A stretch of 64,000 nucleotides of DNA. It comes from an uncultured Lachnospiraceae bacterium (lineage in GTDB: Bacteria; Bacillota; Clostridia; Lachnospirales; Lachnospiraceae). This document shows positions 35,248-43,408 of this stretch, one piece after another; the stretch's first letter is position 1, and every line of letters starts with the position of its first letter. The stretch spans positions 10,527 through 74,526 of the forward strand of contig CANDKY010000004.1 in NCBI GenBank assembly GCA_947385425.1, in the 5' to 3' direction. Made by a program: the position numbers and the translations under genes. Below the pieces are notes generated by a model. The model did not search any database, was not told the origin of the DNA, and saw only the letters and a list, made by a program, of their open reading frames with translations.

Positions 35248-36357
35248 ATGGCAAGTTTATCATTAAAGAATGTATGCAAAGTTTATCCTAACGGATTTGA
35301 GGCAGTAAAGGATTTTAATCTTGAAATCGCGGATCAGGAATTCATTATTTTCGTAGGGCCTTCAGGCTGCGGTAAATCTACAACGCTTCGTATGATTGCA
35401 GGTTTGGAAGATATTTCTTCCGGCGAACTGAAAATCGGCGACAGGGTAGTAAACGACGTAGAGCCTAAGGACAGGGATATTGCGATGGTATTCCAGAACT
35501 ATGCTTTGTATCCGCATATGTCTGTATATGATAATATGGCTTTCGGCCTTAAATTGAGGAAAGTGCCGAAGGATGAGATCGACAAGATGGTAAAGGAAGC
35601 CGCTAAGATTCTTGATTTAACTCCTCTTCTTGACCGTAAGCCGAAAGCTCTTTCCGGCGGCCAGAGACAGCGTGTTGCCATGGGACGTGCGATTGTACGT
35701 AATCCGAAGGTATTCCTTATGGATGAGCCTCTTTCCAACCTGGATGCAAAACTCCGTGTGCAGATGCGTGTTGAGATTTCCAAACTGCATCAGAGGCTGG
35801 GCACAACAATCATTTATGTAACACATGACCAGACAGAGGCTATGACGCTGGGTACCAGGATTGTTGTTATGAAAGACGGTGTCGTTCAGCAGGTAGATAC
35901 ACCGCAGAACTTATACCAGAAGCCGAGAAACCTGTTTGTTGCAGGATTCATGGGTTCACCCCAGATGAATTTCCTGGATGCTACTGTGGAAGTAAGCGGT
36001 AATACCGCAAGCCTGAAAGTAGCGGGCAACAGCATTCCGCTTCCTCCTGCAAAATCCAAGAAACTGATTGACGGCGGCTATGCAGGAAAGAAAGTTACGT
36101 TTGGTATCCGTCCGGAAGATGTATATGATTCGGAAGCATATATCCAGAATGCAAAATGCGTGTTTGAATCTACGATTAAGGTTTATGAATTGCTTGGTGC
36201 AGAAGTTTATCTGTATTTTGATCTGGCTGAGTTCCCGATCACTGCAAGGGTAGATTCCCGTACATCGGCAAGACCGGGCGATAATGTTAAATTTGCCTTT
36301 GACGTTGAGAAGATTCACGTATTTGATAAAGAAACAGAGCAGGTTATTACGAATTAG
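35248..36357 (+). CDS. Sugar ABC transporter ATP-binding protein (MsmX/MsmK/MalK type); no adjacent permease genes
   Basis: Walker A 'GPSGCGKST', signature 'LSGGQRQRVA', Walker B 'FLMDEPLSNLD' and a C-terminal MalK-like regulatory domain are all present. Confidence 0.95.
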   Translation: MASLSLKNVCKVYPNGFEAVKDFNLEIADQEFIIFVGPSGCGKSTTLRMIAGLEDISSGELKIGDRVVNDVEPKDRDIAMVFQNYALYPHMSVYDNMAFGLKLRKVPKDEIDKMVKEAAKILDLTPLLDRKPKALSGGQRQRVAMGRAIVRNPKVFLMDEPLSNLDAKLRVQMRVEISKLHQRLGTTIIYVTHDQTEAMTLGTRIVVMKDGVVQQVDTPQNLYQKPRNLFVAGFMGSPQMNFLDATVEVSGNTASLKVAGNSIPLPPAKSKKLIDGGYAGKKVTFGIRPEDVYDSEAYIQNAKCVFESTIKVYELLGAEVYLYFDLAEFPITARVDSRTSARPGDNVKFAFDVEKIHVFDKETEQVITN

Positions 36358-36370
36358 TCCTGAAACATGC

Positions 36371-36397
36371 GGGGGATGCGGAAGCATCCCCTTATTT
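36371..36397 (+). terminator. Intrinsic terminator after the ATPase gene
   Basis: GGGGATGC-ggaa-GCATCCCC is followed by TTATTTT. Confidence 0.7.
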
Positions 36398-36398
36398 T

Positions 36399-36491
36399 GT
36401 GCACAGGGGCGCACGGATGAAGCTGCTGCGCAGCGTGCGCCCGCGCGGCGGGTAGGGGAAAAGTCTTCCATGCTCGACTGCACAGGGGCAC
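36399..36491. repeat. Family-2 structured repeat, copy A
   Basis: TGCACAGGGGC at both ends (36399, 36479). Stem GGGCGCAC(36407-14)/GTGCGCCC(36435-42) encloses the hairpin GCTGC-tgc-GCAGC. Confidence 0.75.
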
Positions 36492-36525
36492 CCAGTAGAA
36501 ATATGGGTTAAGGCAAAAGTTTTTG

Positions 36526-36554
36526 TTGACATTTTTTTTAGCATACATTATACT
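36526..36554 (+). promoter_or_regulatory. Strong sigma-70 promoter (TTGACA-17-TATACT) for the ABC-F leader
   Basis: A perfect -35 at 36526-31, a 17-nt spacer and a 5/6 -10 at 36549-54. Confidence 0.7.
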
Positions 36555-36585
36555 AAAGAAAATTTAAAAGATAGGAGATGTGTGG

Positions 36586-36606
36586 ATGTTTAATTATTCT
36601 TGCTGA
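36586..36606 (+). CDS. Candidate regulatory leader peptide MFNYSC (6 codons) upstream of the ABC-F gene
   Basis: AGGAG (36573-77) lies 8 nt upstream of the ATG. The position fits ribosome-mediated attenuation as known for ARE ABC-F genes. Confidence 0.45.
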   Translation: MFNYSC

Positions 36607-36877
36607 TAAGTAACTGGATATATGCATGTTGAAAAGGTTCAGGAGTGTTTCCCCTGTAAACGGCGGTATGGATATACTTTCCGGGCAGAAATGGCCGGTT
36701 GGGCAGAAGATACAGGGAGAGGGGTTATTGTTTTAGGATTTTTTCCATGCAGGCAGGAATAATATCATCTGATATCTCATTAATAGATACAGTTTGAAAG
36801 GGTAGGGAAGCCCGGATGCAGGCGGCGTCTGCAGGGCGGCGTACTATTTTGCGATAGCTGAGAACTGTTGTTTCATG

Positions 36878-36908
36878 GATGCAGAAGATTATTTCTGCGT
36901 CTTTTTTT
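36878..36908 (+). terminator. Intrinsic terminator inside the ABC-F leader (attenuator)
   Basis: A 9-bp stem, GATGCAGAA-gattat-TTCTGCGTC, is followed by T7. It lies ~120 nt upstream of the ABC-F start. Confidence 0.65.
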
Positions 36909-37011
36909 ATGCACACGGGCACCCAAAGGAAAAATGTCAGCAGGAGCTGACGGGTGCCCGGCGCGAGAGTAGGGGAAGATGGCTCTTCCCTACTCGATTG
37001 CACAGGGGTGC
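36909..37011. repeat. Family-2 structured repeat, copy B
   Basis: TGCACA(C/G)GGG at both ends (36909, 36999). Stem GGGCACCC(36917-24)/GGGTGCCC(36952-59) encloses GTCAGC-agga-GCTGAC. The substitutions relative to copy A are paired. Confidence 0.75.
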
Positions 37012-37028
37012 GTACAGGGGGTATGTAT

Positions 37029-38699
37029 ATGTCACAAATTAGCGTGAACCATTTAACTTTTTATTATGACGGCAGCTATGATAATATATTTGAAGATGTG
37101 TCATTCCAGATCGATACAGACTGGAAACTGGGGTTTGTTGCCAGGAATGGCAGGGGGAAGACGACGTTCCTGAATCTTTTGATGGGGAGATATGAGTATC
37201 GGGGGTCGATAACGGCTTCGGTGGAATTTGACTATTTTCCGTTTCCGGTTCCTGACAGGACAAAGGATACGCTTTCCATTATCGAAGAGATAAATCCGGA
37301 ATATGAATTTTGGAAAATATGCAGGGAACTGACCCTTCTCCATGTGGAGGCCGATGTGCTCTACCGTCCGTTTGAGACGCTCAGCAATGGAGAGCAGACG
37401 AAAGTGATGCTGGCGGTATTGTTTTCGGGAGAAAACCGTTTTCTGTTGATTGACGAACCGACAAACCATCTGGATATTGAGGCGAGGGAGCTGATCGGCG
37501 AATACCTGAAGCAGAAGAAAGGCTTTCTCCTGGTATCCCATGACAGGGCATTTCTGGATAAGTGCATCGACCATGTACTGACAATTAATAAAGCGGATAT
37601 TGAGGTGCAGCAGGGGGATTTTTCCAGTTGGTGGGAAAATAAAAAACGGCAGGACATGTATGAACTGGCGGAAAATGAAAGGCTGAAGAAGGATATCCGG
37701 AAACTGGAGGCTGCGGCAAGGCAGTCAGGGCAGTGGGCGGATAAGGTAGAGGCCACAAAGATAGGAAGGAAGTCGGAAAAATATGAAAAATGCATAGACA
37801 CAAGAGCCTATGTAGGGGAAAAATCACGGCGTATGCAGATGCGCCGCAAGAATCTGGAAAGGCGGCAAAACAGGGCTTTGGAAGAGAAGTCGTCGCTGTT
37901 GAAGAATATTGAGTCGGCGGAGGATTTAAAGTTGTTTCCGCTCCGGCATCATAAAGGCGTCTTGGTAAGGATAGAAGATTTAAGTATCTCGTATTTAACA
38001 TCATCATATACGGATAGAAGGGATAATGTATCCGGCGGAGGGACGGCGCGGGGAGACGTATCCGGGACATTTGGCGTGAGGGAAGCGAAAGCAGATATGA
38101 TGGAAACGGAAATGGAGGAAAGAGGGCGCATAGGGCTGCAGGAGCGGAAAGGACGGCAAATATTAAGCGGATTTGGGATGGAGATAAAAAACGGCGACAG
38201 GGTCGTCCTGCAGGGACGCAACGGATGCGGAAAATCCAGTGTGATAAAAGCGGTTCTGGCCGCAGCGGGCAGCGGGATAGCGGCAGGAGGAAGCGAAATG
38301 GCTGCAGGAGGGACTTTGGAGACGGCTGCAGGGATTAAGGTTTCTTATGTTTCCCAGGATACTTCGCATCTCCATGGAAGCCTGGAGGAGTATGCCAAAG
38401 AATATAACATCAACGAAACCTTATTTAAGGCCCTTTTGCGGAAACTGGATTTTTCCAGGATTCAATTTGATAAAAGGATGGAGGAGTACAGCGGAGGGCA
38501 GAAAAAGAAGGTGCTCATAGCAAGAAGCCTGTGCGAGCAGGCGCATTTATATGTGTGGGATGAGCCGCTCAATTTTATAGATGTTTTTTCACGTATGCAG
38601 ATAGAGAAGCTGATTATGGAGTACCGTCCTACAATGTTGATGGTAGAACATGACAGAAGTTTTGTGGAGTTGGTCGGGACGGTAGTTATCTGCCTGTAA
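37029..38699 (+). CDS. Lsa-family ABC-F ribosomal-protection-type ATPase (no TM domains)
   Basis: Two ABC cassettes ('GRNGRGKTT', 'LSNGEQTK', 'IDEPTNHLD'; 'GRNGCGKSS', 'YSGGQKKK', 'WDEPLNFID') are joined by a charged linker. It is collinear with Lsa(A) as I recall it. The track ORF begins at 36954, inside the repeat. Confidence 0.9.
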   Translation: MSQISVNHLTFYYDGSYDNIFEDVSFQIDTDWKLGFVARNGRGKTTFLNLLMGRYEYRGSITASVEFDYFPFPVPDRTKDTLSIIEEINPEYEFWKICRELTLLHVEADVLYRPFETLSNGEQTKVMLAVLFSGENRFLLIDEPTNHLDIEARELIGEYLKQKKGFLLVSHDRAFLDKCIDHVLTINKADIEVQQGDFSSWWENKKRQDMYELAENERLKKDIRKLEAAARQSGQWADKVEATKIGRKSEKYEKCIDTRAYVGEKSRRMQMRRKNLERRQNRALEEKSSLLKNIESAEDLKLFPLRHHKGVLVRIEDLSISYLTSSYTDRRDNVSGGGTARGDVSGTFGVREAKADMMETEMEERGRIGLQERKGRQILSGFGMEIKNGDRVVLQGRNGCGKSSVIKAVLAAAGSGIAAGGSEMAAGGTLETAAGIKVSYVSQDTSHLHGSLEEYAKEYNINETLFKALLRKLDFSRIQFDKRMEEYSGGQKKKVLIARSLCEQAHLYVWDEPLNFIDVFSRMQIEKLIMEYRPTMLMVEHDRSFVELVGTVVICL

Positions 38700-38891
38700 A
38701 TTCATGCCTGTGTTATGGTAAACTGTATGAAATCTCCCACAAATCGTGACGCACATCTGGCGGAAATCTAATTTCTGACCGGATGGAGTACTAGCTTGAA
38801 AAAATATGGGATTTTGATATAATGATATTGCACAAAGGAGTGGATTTCCCGGATGTATGGAAAGTATGGGACTTAAAAAGGAGGGTGCAGC

Positions 38892-39296
38892 ATGGTAATA
38901 GCGGTAACTTATGAGGATGGGCAGGTGTTCCAGCATTTTGGACATAGTGAGTATTTCAAAATTTACGAGGTGGAGGACGGCAAAATCCGGAAATCGGAGG
39001 TTTACGGCACAGATGGGCAGGGACATGGCGCTTTGGCGGACTTTTTGCATGGTTATGCGGTAGACTCGCTGATCTGCGGCGGCATCGGGGGCGGTGCGAG
39101 GAATGCACTGGCTGAAATGGGAATCAGGCTTTATCCCGGTGTTTCCGGGAATGCGGACGAGGCGGTGGAGGCTTTGATTGACGGGAAGCTGTCTTATGAT
39201 CCGGATACAGTGTGTTCCCATCACGAAGAGGGACATGGCCACGATTGCGGCGGGCATGATCATGGCTGCGGGGAACATTCCTGCGGGAGCCATTAA
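38892..39296 (+). CDS. NifB/NifX-family (dinitrogenase FeMo-cofactor-binding-like) protein with a His/Cys/Gly-rich tail
   Basis: 'IAVTYEDGQVFQHFGHSEYFKIYEV' and 'LICGGIGGGARNAL' mark the family. The tail reads 'CSHHEEGHGHDCGGHDHGCGEHSCGSH'. Confidence 0.85.
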   Translation: MVIAVTYEDGQVFQHFGHSEYFKIYEVEDGKIRKSEVYGTDGQGHGALADFLHGYAVDSLICGGIGGGARNALAEMGIRLYPGVSGNADEAVEALIDGKLSYDPDTVCSHHEEGHGHDCGGHDHGCGEHSCGSH

Positions 39297-39392
39297 CTGT
39301 CCGCAGGGCCCGGATCATTTCGCTGCAAAATGGAATGGCAAAAGATATGCCCGGTCCGGACAGGCCGGGGCATATTACAAATGGGGTGGAAA

Positions 39393-40202
39393 ATGAGAGT
39401 AGTTATATTGATGGAAAATACTTGTGGGAATCCGCTGTGTGAGTGCGAACATGGGCTTAGTGTCTATGTGGAAACGCCGCGGCACAGGATTCTCGTGGAT
39501 ACGGGCGCCAGCGGGAAGATATTGGCAAATGCGGATAAAGCGGGGGTTGATTTGTCCGGAGTGGATATGGTTGTGTTAAGCCACGGGCATTACGACCATG
39601 CTGGCGGCCTGGAGGCTTTTGCAGGTATAAATAAAACCGCTGTGATTTATATGCAGCAGACAGCTCTTGGGGATTATTATCACGGGGAGCGGTACATAGG
39701 GGTTGATAAGAGAATTGCAAAGCTGCCAAATGTCAAAATGCTGAAGGGGGATTTCCAGGCGGATGAGGAGATTTCTATTTTTACGGGGATTACGGGAAGG
39801 CGGTTCTGGCCGGAAAGCAACCGGGGGTTATCCATGGAGACGGAAGGGCGGCGTGTGCAGGATGAGTTTGCCCATGAACAATGCCTGGTACTGCAGGGAA
39901 AGAAGAAGCTGCTGATTTCGGGCTGCGCGCACAATGGGATTCTGAACATTCTGGACAGATATGAGGAAATATACGGAGGCTGCCCGGATGCGGTTATCAG
40001 CGGGTTCCATATGATGAAAAGGACGGGGTATACGGAGCGGGAAAGAGAAATTATACGCCGGACAGCGGAAGAATTGAAGGAGAAAAGGGCTTGTTTTTAT
40101 ACCGGGCATTGTACCGGCCAGGAGGCGGTTGAACTGATGCAGCCGGTTATGGGGGATAAACTGGTGCAGATCCATTGCGGGACGGAACTGCTGCTGGCAT
40201 AA
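39393..40202 (+). CDS. MBL-fold metallo-hydrolase
   Basis: 'VLSHGHYDHAGGL' (HxHxDH) is present. The track ORF begins at 39330. Confidence 0.85.
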   Translation: MRVVILMENTCGNPLCECEHGLSVYVETPRHRILVDTGASGKILANADKAGVDLSGVDMVVLSHGHYDHAGGLEAFAGINKTAVIYMQQTALGDYYHGERYIGVDKRIAKLPNVKMLKGDFQADEEISIFTGITGRRFWPESNRGLSMETEGRRVQDEFAHEQCLVLQGKKKLLISGCAHNGILNILDRYEEIYGGCPDAVISGFHMMKRTGYTEREREIIRRTAEELKEKRACFYTGHCTGQEAVELMQPVMGDKLVQIHCGTELLLA

Positions 40203-40267
40203 GGCGGATGGGGAAAATGCCGGGAAGCAGGCATTTTCGAAGGATTTAAATAGTACAGGCGGCTCTG

Positions 40268-41188
40268 TCATGCAAGCGGCACAGGGCCGGAAAGCACCTC
40301 CCTGGATACGAAAAGCGCCATGTCCGGTTTGGTGGCCAGCGTCCATTTTACAAGGGTGATATGCTTCCGTTCAATTTCCAGACAGGTGATGCAGCGCGGG
40401 TGGACGCAGCTTCCGCTGTTGCAGTAGTATATATCCTCCGGTGTGAGTGCGGGGCGGTGTGTGTGGCCGGTGATAAGGATATGGTTCTCCTGTTTGGCCC
40501 AGTGGTGGAGCCGTTTTTCCGCTTTATCTTTCCTCGTGTAGTTCTTGGCGGCGCTGGTGGGGTCAAGGACACCGAAATGTTCCAGCGGTTTCCATAGATA
40601 ACGTACGAGGAAACGGGTGAGCCGCCAGAGGGAGGAATTGAATAAATCACTCTGGTGTCCGTGGGTAAGGTACAGATCGGACGCAGGGGCGCCAAACCAT
40701 GGATTTGTTCTGGAAGGGGATAAATGGTTTTCCAGGATAATGCCGGAGTAGAAGGTAATATTGGGAAGGAAAGGTTCTTCTGCGGCATAAGGGCGGTCTT
40801 CGAAGCCGCAATGGCAGGCGCGGCATTTTCGGTTTACATAGCGGTTATTTTTTTTCACCATATCATGGTTGCCGTACAGCATGTATAAACGCCCCTGTTC
40901 ATGGAAACGGGACAGGAGCCAGAATACATTGCTGTGGGCTTCCACGATTTGCCCTATACTCCGGTTTTCCCACAGTTCGTCCCCGTCGCCTAATTCGATA
41001 TAAGTATAGCCCATTCTGTAATAGTGCTGCAGGGCGGCGAAATACAGGTTTTGGTTTTTGAGGAAATTATCGTTGGAGGATCCGGTGCCGCGGTGGCAGT
41101 CGCTGATCAGGATATATTTGGAACGGTCTGTAAGAGGGAGCCGCAGTGCTCCCTCGAAAGATTTGGAAAGACGGGAATAATAACTCAT
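40268..41188 (-). CDS. Cytoplasmic metallophosphoesterase (calcineurin-like)
   Basis: 'ISDCHRG', 'LGDGDELWEN', 'GNHD' and 'GHTH' are present. Confidence 0.88.
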   Translation of the reverse strand: MSYYSRLSKSFEGALRLPLTDRSKYILISDCHRGTGSSNDNFLKNQNLYFAALQHYYRMGYTYIELGDGDELWENRSIGQIVEAHSNVFWLLSRFHEQGRLYMLYGNHDMVKKNNRYVNRKCRACHCGFEDRPYAAEEPFLPNITFYSGIILENHLSPSRTNPWFGAPASDLYLTHGHQSDLFNSSLWRLTRFLVRYLWKPLEHFGVLDPTSAAKNYTRKDKAEKRLHHWAKQENHILITGHTHRPALTPEDIYYCNSGSCVHPRCITCLEIERKHITLVKWTLATKPDMALFVSREVLSGPVPLA

Positions 41189-41213
41189 CTTCTTGCCCTC
41201 TTTTATATAAATT

Positions 41214-42095
41214 TTATTTGTGTTTTTTATATTTCCGTATGCGGAGCGTTTTGCGGAAAGCGGCGGGAAGGTAGTAGTACAGATAGAGGATCCTGTCTAT
41301 GGAAAGGCAGAAGGGCCTCGTGACGAACAGGTATACTTTGCACCAGAAATGGTTGGAACATTGGGCGATTTTCATCCGGAAGCGGTCAAAACAGCTCCAA
41401 TGTAAAGCGGATTTTGTAAACGGGAAAGTGACGGTATTGCAGCTTAGGCAGATATCGTCTTTCGGGTAGCCGGCACTGACCAGCCCGTTAATAAAGGCAT
41501 GGGCCATGGAATGGTTGGCGAAAGTCAGACAGGCCTGCATATATAAATCAGCCGGTTCGGAAAAACGTCCTACGGAAAAGGCAGTCAGCCACCAATGCCT
41601 TGCGCATACATCGGCAATCTGCGTGCCTTTGCAAAACAGGCGGAAGGAAAGGGCTGGCATATCGCAGTCTTCCACACTTTGGAAAACCGTCGTGTGGTAT
41701 TCGTGCTCAGACAGGATGCGGTCAGCATAGTAGACGCCGATTTCCGCCCCGGTATTGATGCCGTATTGGCCTTTCCACAATTCCAGGAGCCATGTTCTGC
41801 CTTCAAAATCGAAATATACCGGAAGGCAGTCAAACACCATGTTAAAGCGGAAGGCGGCTTTGTCGTACAGGGTACAGTAGCCGAAATCCCTCTGCCATAC
41901 ATCAAGCCGGGAGGTAAAGATGTCCTGCGCCGGAAGGTATGCATAGCCGAAGGGGGCAATAAGTTCGTCCAGAAGGCAGCATTTTTCCTTCATGCACATG
42001 CAGCGGATCTTTTTGATGATTTTCTTACGGCGCCAGTGGTTGATACAGAAAAAGAACAGAAGTACAAGAAAAAGGATACCAAAGAACAAGTACAT
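41214..42095 (-). CDS. DUF4474-like membrane-anchored protein of unknown function
   Basis: An N-terminal TM helix is followed by 'WQRDFGYCTLYDKAA...FDFEGRTWLLELWKGQYGINTGAEIGVY', which I associate with DUF4474. Confidence 0.6.
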   Translation of the reverse strand: MYLFFGILFLVLLFFFCINHWRRKKIIKKIRCMCMKEKCCLLDELIAPFGYAYLPAQDIFTSRLDVWQRDFGYCTLYDKAAFRFNMVFDCLPVYFDFEGRTWLLELWKGQYGINTGAEIGVYYADRILSEHEYHTTVFQSVEDCDMPALSFRLFCKGTQIADVCARHWWLTAFSVGRFSEPADLYMQACLTFANHSMAHAFINGLVSAGYPKDDICLSCNTVTFPFTKSALHWSCFDRFRMKIAQCSNHFWCKVYLFVTRPFCLSIDRILYLYYYLPAAFRKTLRIRKYKKHK

Positions 42096-42242
42096 AACAG
42101 ATTCCTCAATAAGTGTTTTGTTATATCTTATGAGAAGGTGTCGAAATCTGTGCCTTTTTTATGCGCAGACTCTCAGGCGCGGCGTTTTGGCGCAGTTTGC
42201 GTCTGTTATGGGTATAAGCGCGTCCGGAAGGGGGATAGATCC

Positions 42243-43196
42243 CTATCCGGCCGTGATATGGATGGAAGCGCCTTTCCCTTTGAACCCGGCATCCCCGACA
42301 ATCTGTGGGATTTTTTTCTCCCCGTCAAGTATGGATTCCTGGGAAAAGTGGACGTGTCCGGCAAGTACGGCAGCGACGGGGCTGTCTGCGGCAGTAGTCA
42401 GGGCCATAAACTGCGCGGAGACGTCATTCGGGTAAGTGCCGCCATGGATCCCGCCTCCCAGGACAACACTGTTTGGCCATATTTCGGCTGCCTCGGCAAG
42501 CAGGGATTCGGTATAGAAGGGCACATGGAGCAGGAGGATGACAGGCTTGCCCCAGGATAGGATCTGCCTGTATTCTTCCAGTGCATCCGGATGTATCTGG
42601 TTATTGCTGTTGTCTACTGCCACAAGGATCAGTTCCGGCAGTTCCAGCGTGTGGACAGCCGTATTATCCTGCATAAACGGCTCCAGCAAAGGCCGATAGT
42701 TATTTTCGCCCGTTTCCGTCATATATTCCCAGGGATAAGTCCAATCGTGGTTTCCCATGGCATAGAGATAAGGGATGCCCAGTTTTTCAAAGGAAGCGTC
42801 CAGGTATTCTATGTTGGAAGCGGACGGCGAATCTATGATGTCGCCGCCCAGCAGCAGGGCATCCGGTTTTGTCCGGTTGGCATAATCCATCCATGCCGTA
42901 AAGCGTTCGGAAGAAACGAAGCCTGCTTCCCCGGTAAAGTGTTCCAGCCGCTGGGCGGAATAGTCCCGGATTTCGCTGTCGGCAGATTCATCAGGGACAA
43001 CGATATGGGTATCGGTTAAAAACAGGAGATCATATTCCCCGGATATGCCGGGGATTTCGATGGTGTACGAATCAATATCGGCGGTGCCAATGGCCTGCCG
43101 GGGTGCGCCGGAGGCACAACTGCAGAGTGTGGACAGGGAGATAAGTAAAAATACAGGTATGGATTTGAAACGAAAGGGATGCTTATCATGCAGCAT
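42243..43196 (-). CDS. Lipoprotein metallophosphoesterase
   Basis: Has the lipobox 'LSTLCSCAS' plus 'LTDTHIV', 'GGDIID' and 'GNHDW'. AGGAGG lies upstream of the ATG at 43196. The track ORF extends to 43286. Confidence 0.85.
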   Translation of the reverse strand: MLHDKHPFRFKSIPVFLLISLSTLCSCASGAPRQAIGTADIDSYTIEIPGISGEYDLLFLTDTHIVVPDESADSEIRDYSAQRLEHFTGEAGFVSSERFTAWMDYANRTKPDALLLGGDIIDSPSASNIEYLDASFEKLGIPYLYAMGNHDWTYPWEYMTETGENNYRPLLEPFMQDNTAVHTLELPELILVAVDNSNNQIHPDALEEYRQILSWGKPVILLLHVPFYTESLLAEAAEIWPNSVVLGGGIHGGTYPNDVSAQFMALTTAADSPVAAVLAGHVHFSQESILDGEKKIPQIVGDAGFKGKGASIHITAG

Positions 43197-43408
43197 ACAA
43201 TTTCCTCCTATGTATACAGGTATTGATGAATTTATTTTCAGGCTGATTGCGGTAACAGTTGATATTATTTCCATAATCTTGTACAATGGAATTTAACCCG
43301 CCATTTATATCATATATCAGAATAGTTAAAAAAATGCAAGATAAGTATTAAAAAAAATAATAAAAATGGAAACAGGAAGGATTGGCAAAGAGTGACAGGG
43401 AGGTTGGT

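Noticed and set aside
36725-37028. The minus-strand 92-aa ORF (36725..37003), and the 5' extension of the ABC-F ORF back to 36954.
   Set aside because: Both lie in the leader/repeat region. The extension reads through family-2 repeat copy B, and a similar 'LDCTG' pseudo-peptide arises from copy A, so this is repeat DNA rather than protein. Neither has an RBS, and the ABC-F homology starts at MSQISV (37029).
41595-42560. A 321-aa + strand ORF spanning two minus-strand genes.
   Set aside because: It crosses the intergenic gap between the DUF4474 and lipoprotein phosphoesterase genes on the opposite strand. It has no motifs and no RBS, so it is a shadow ORF.
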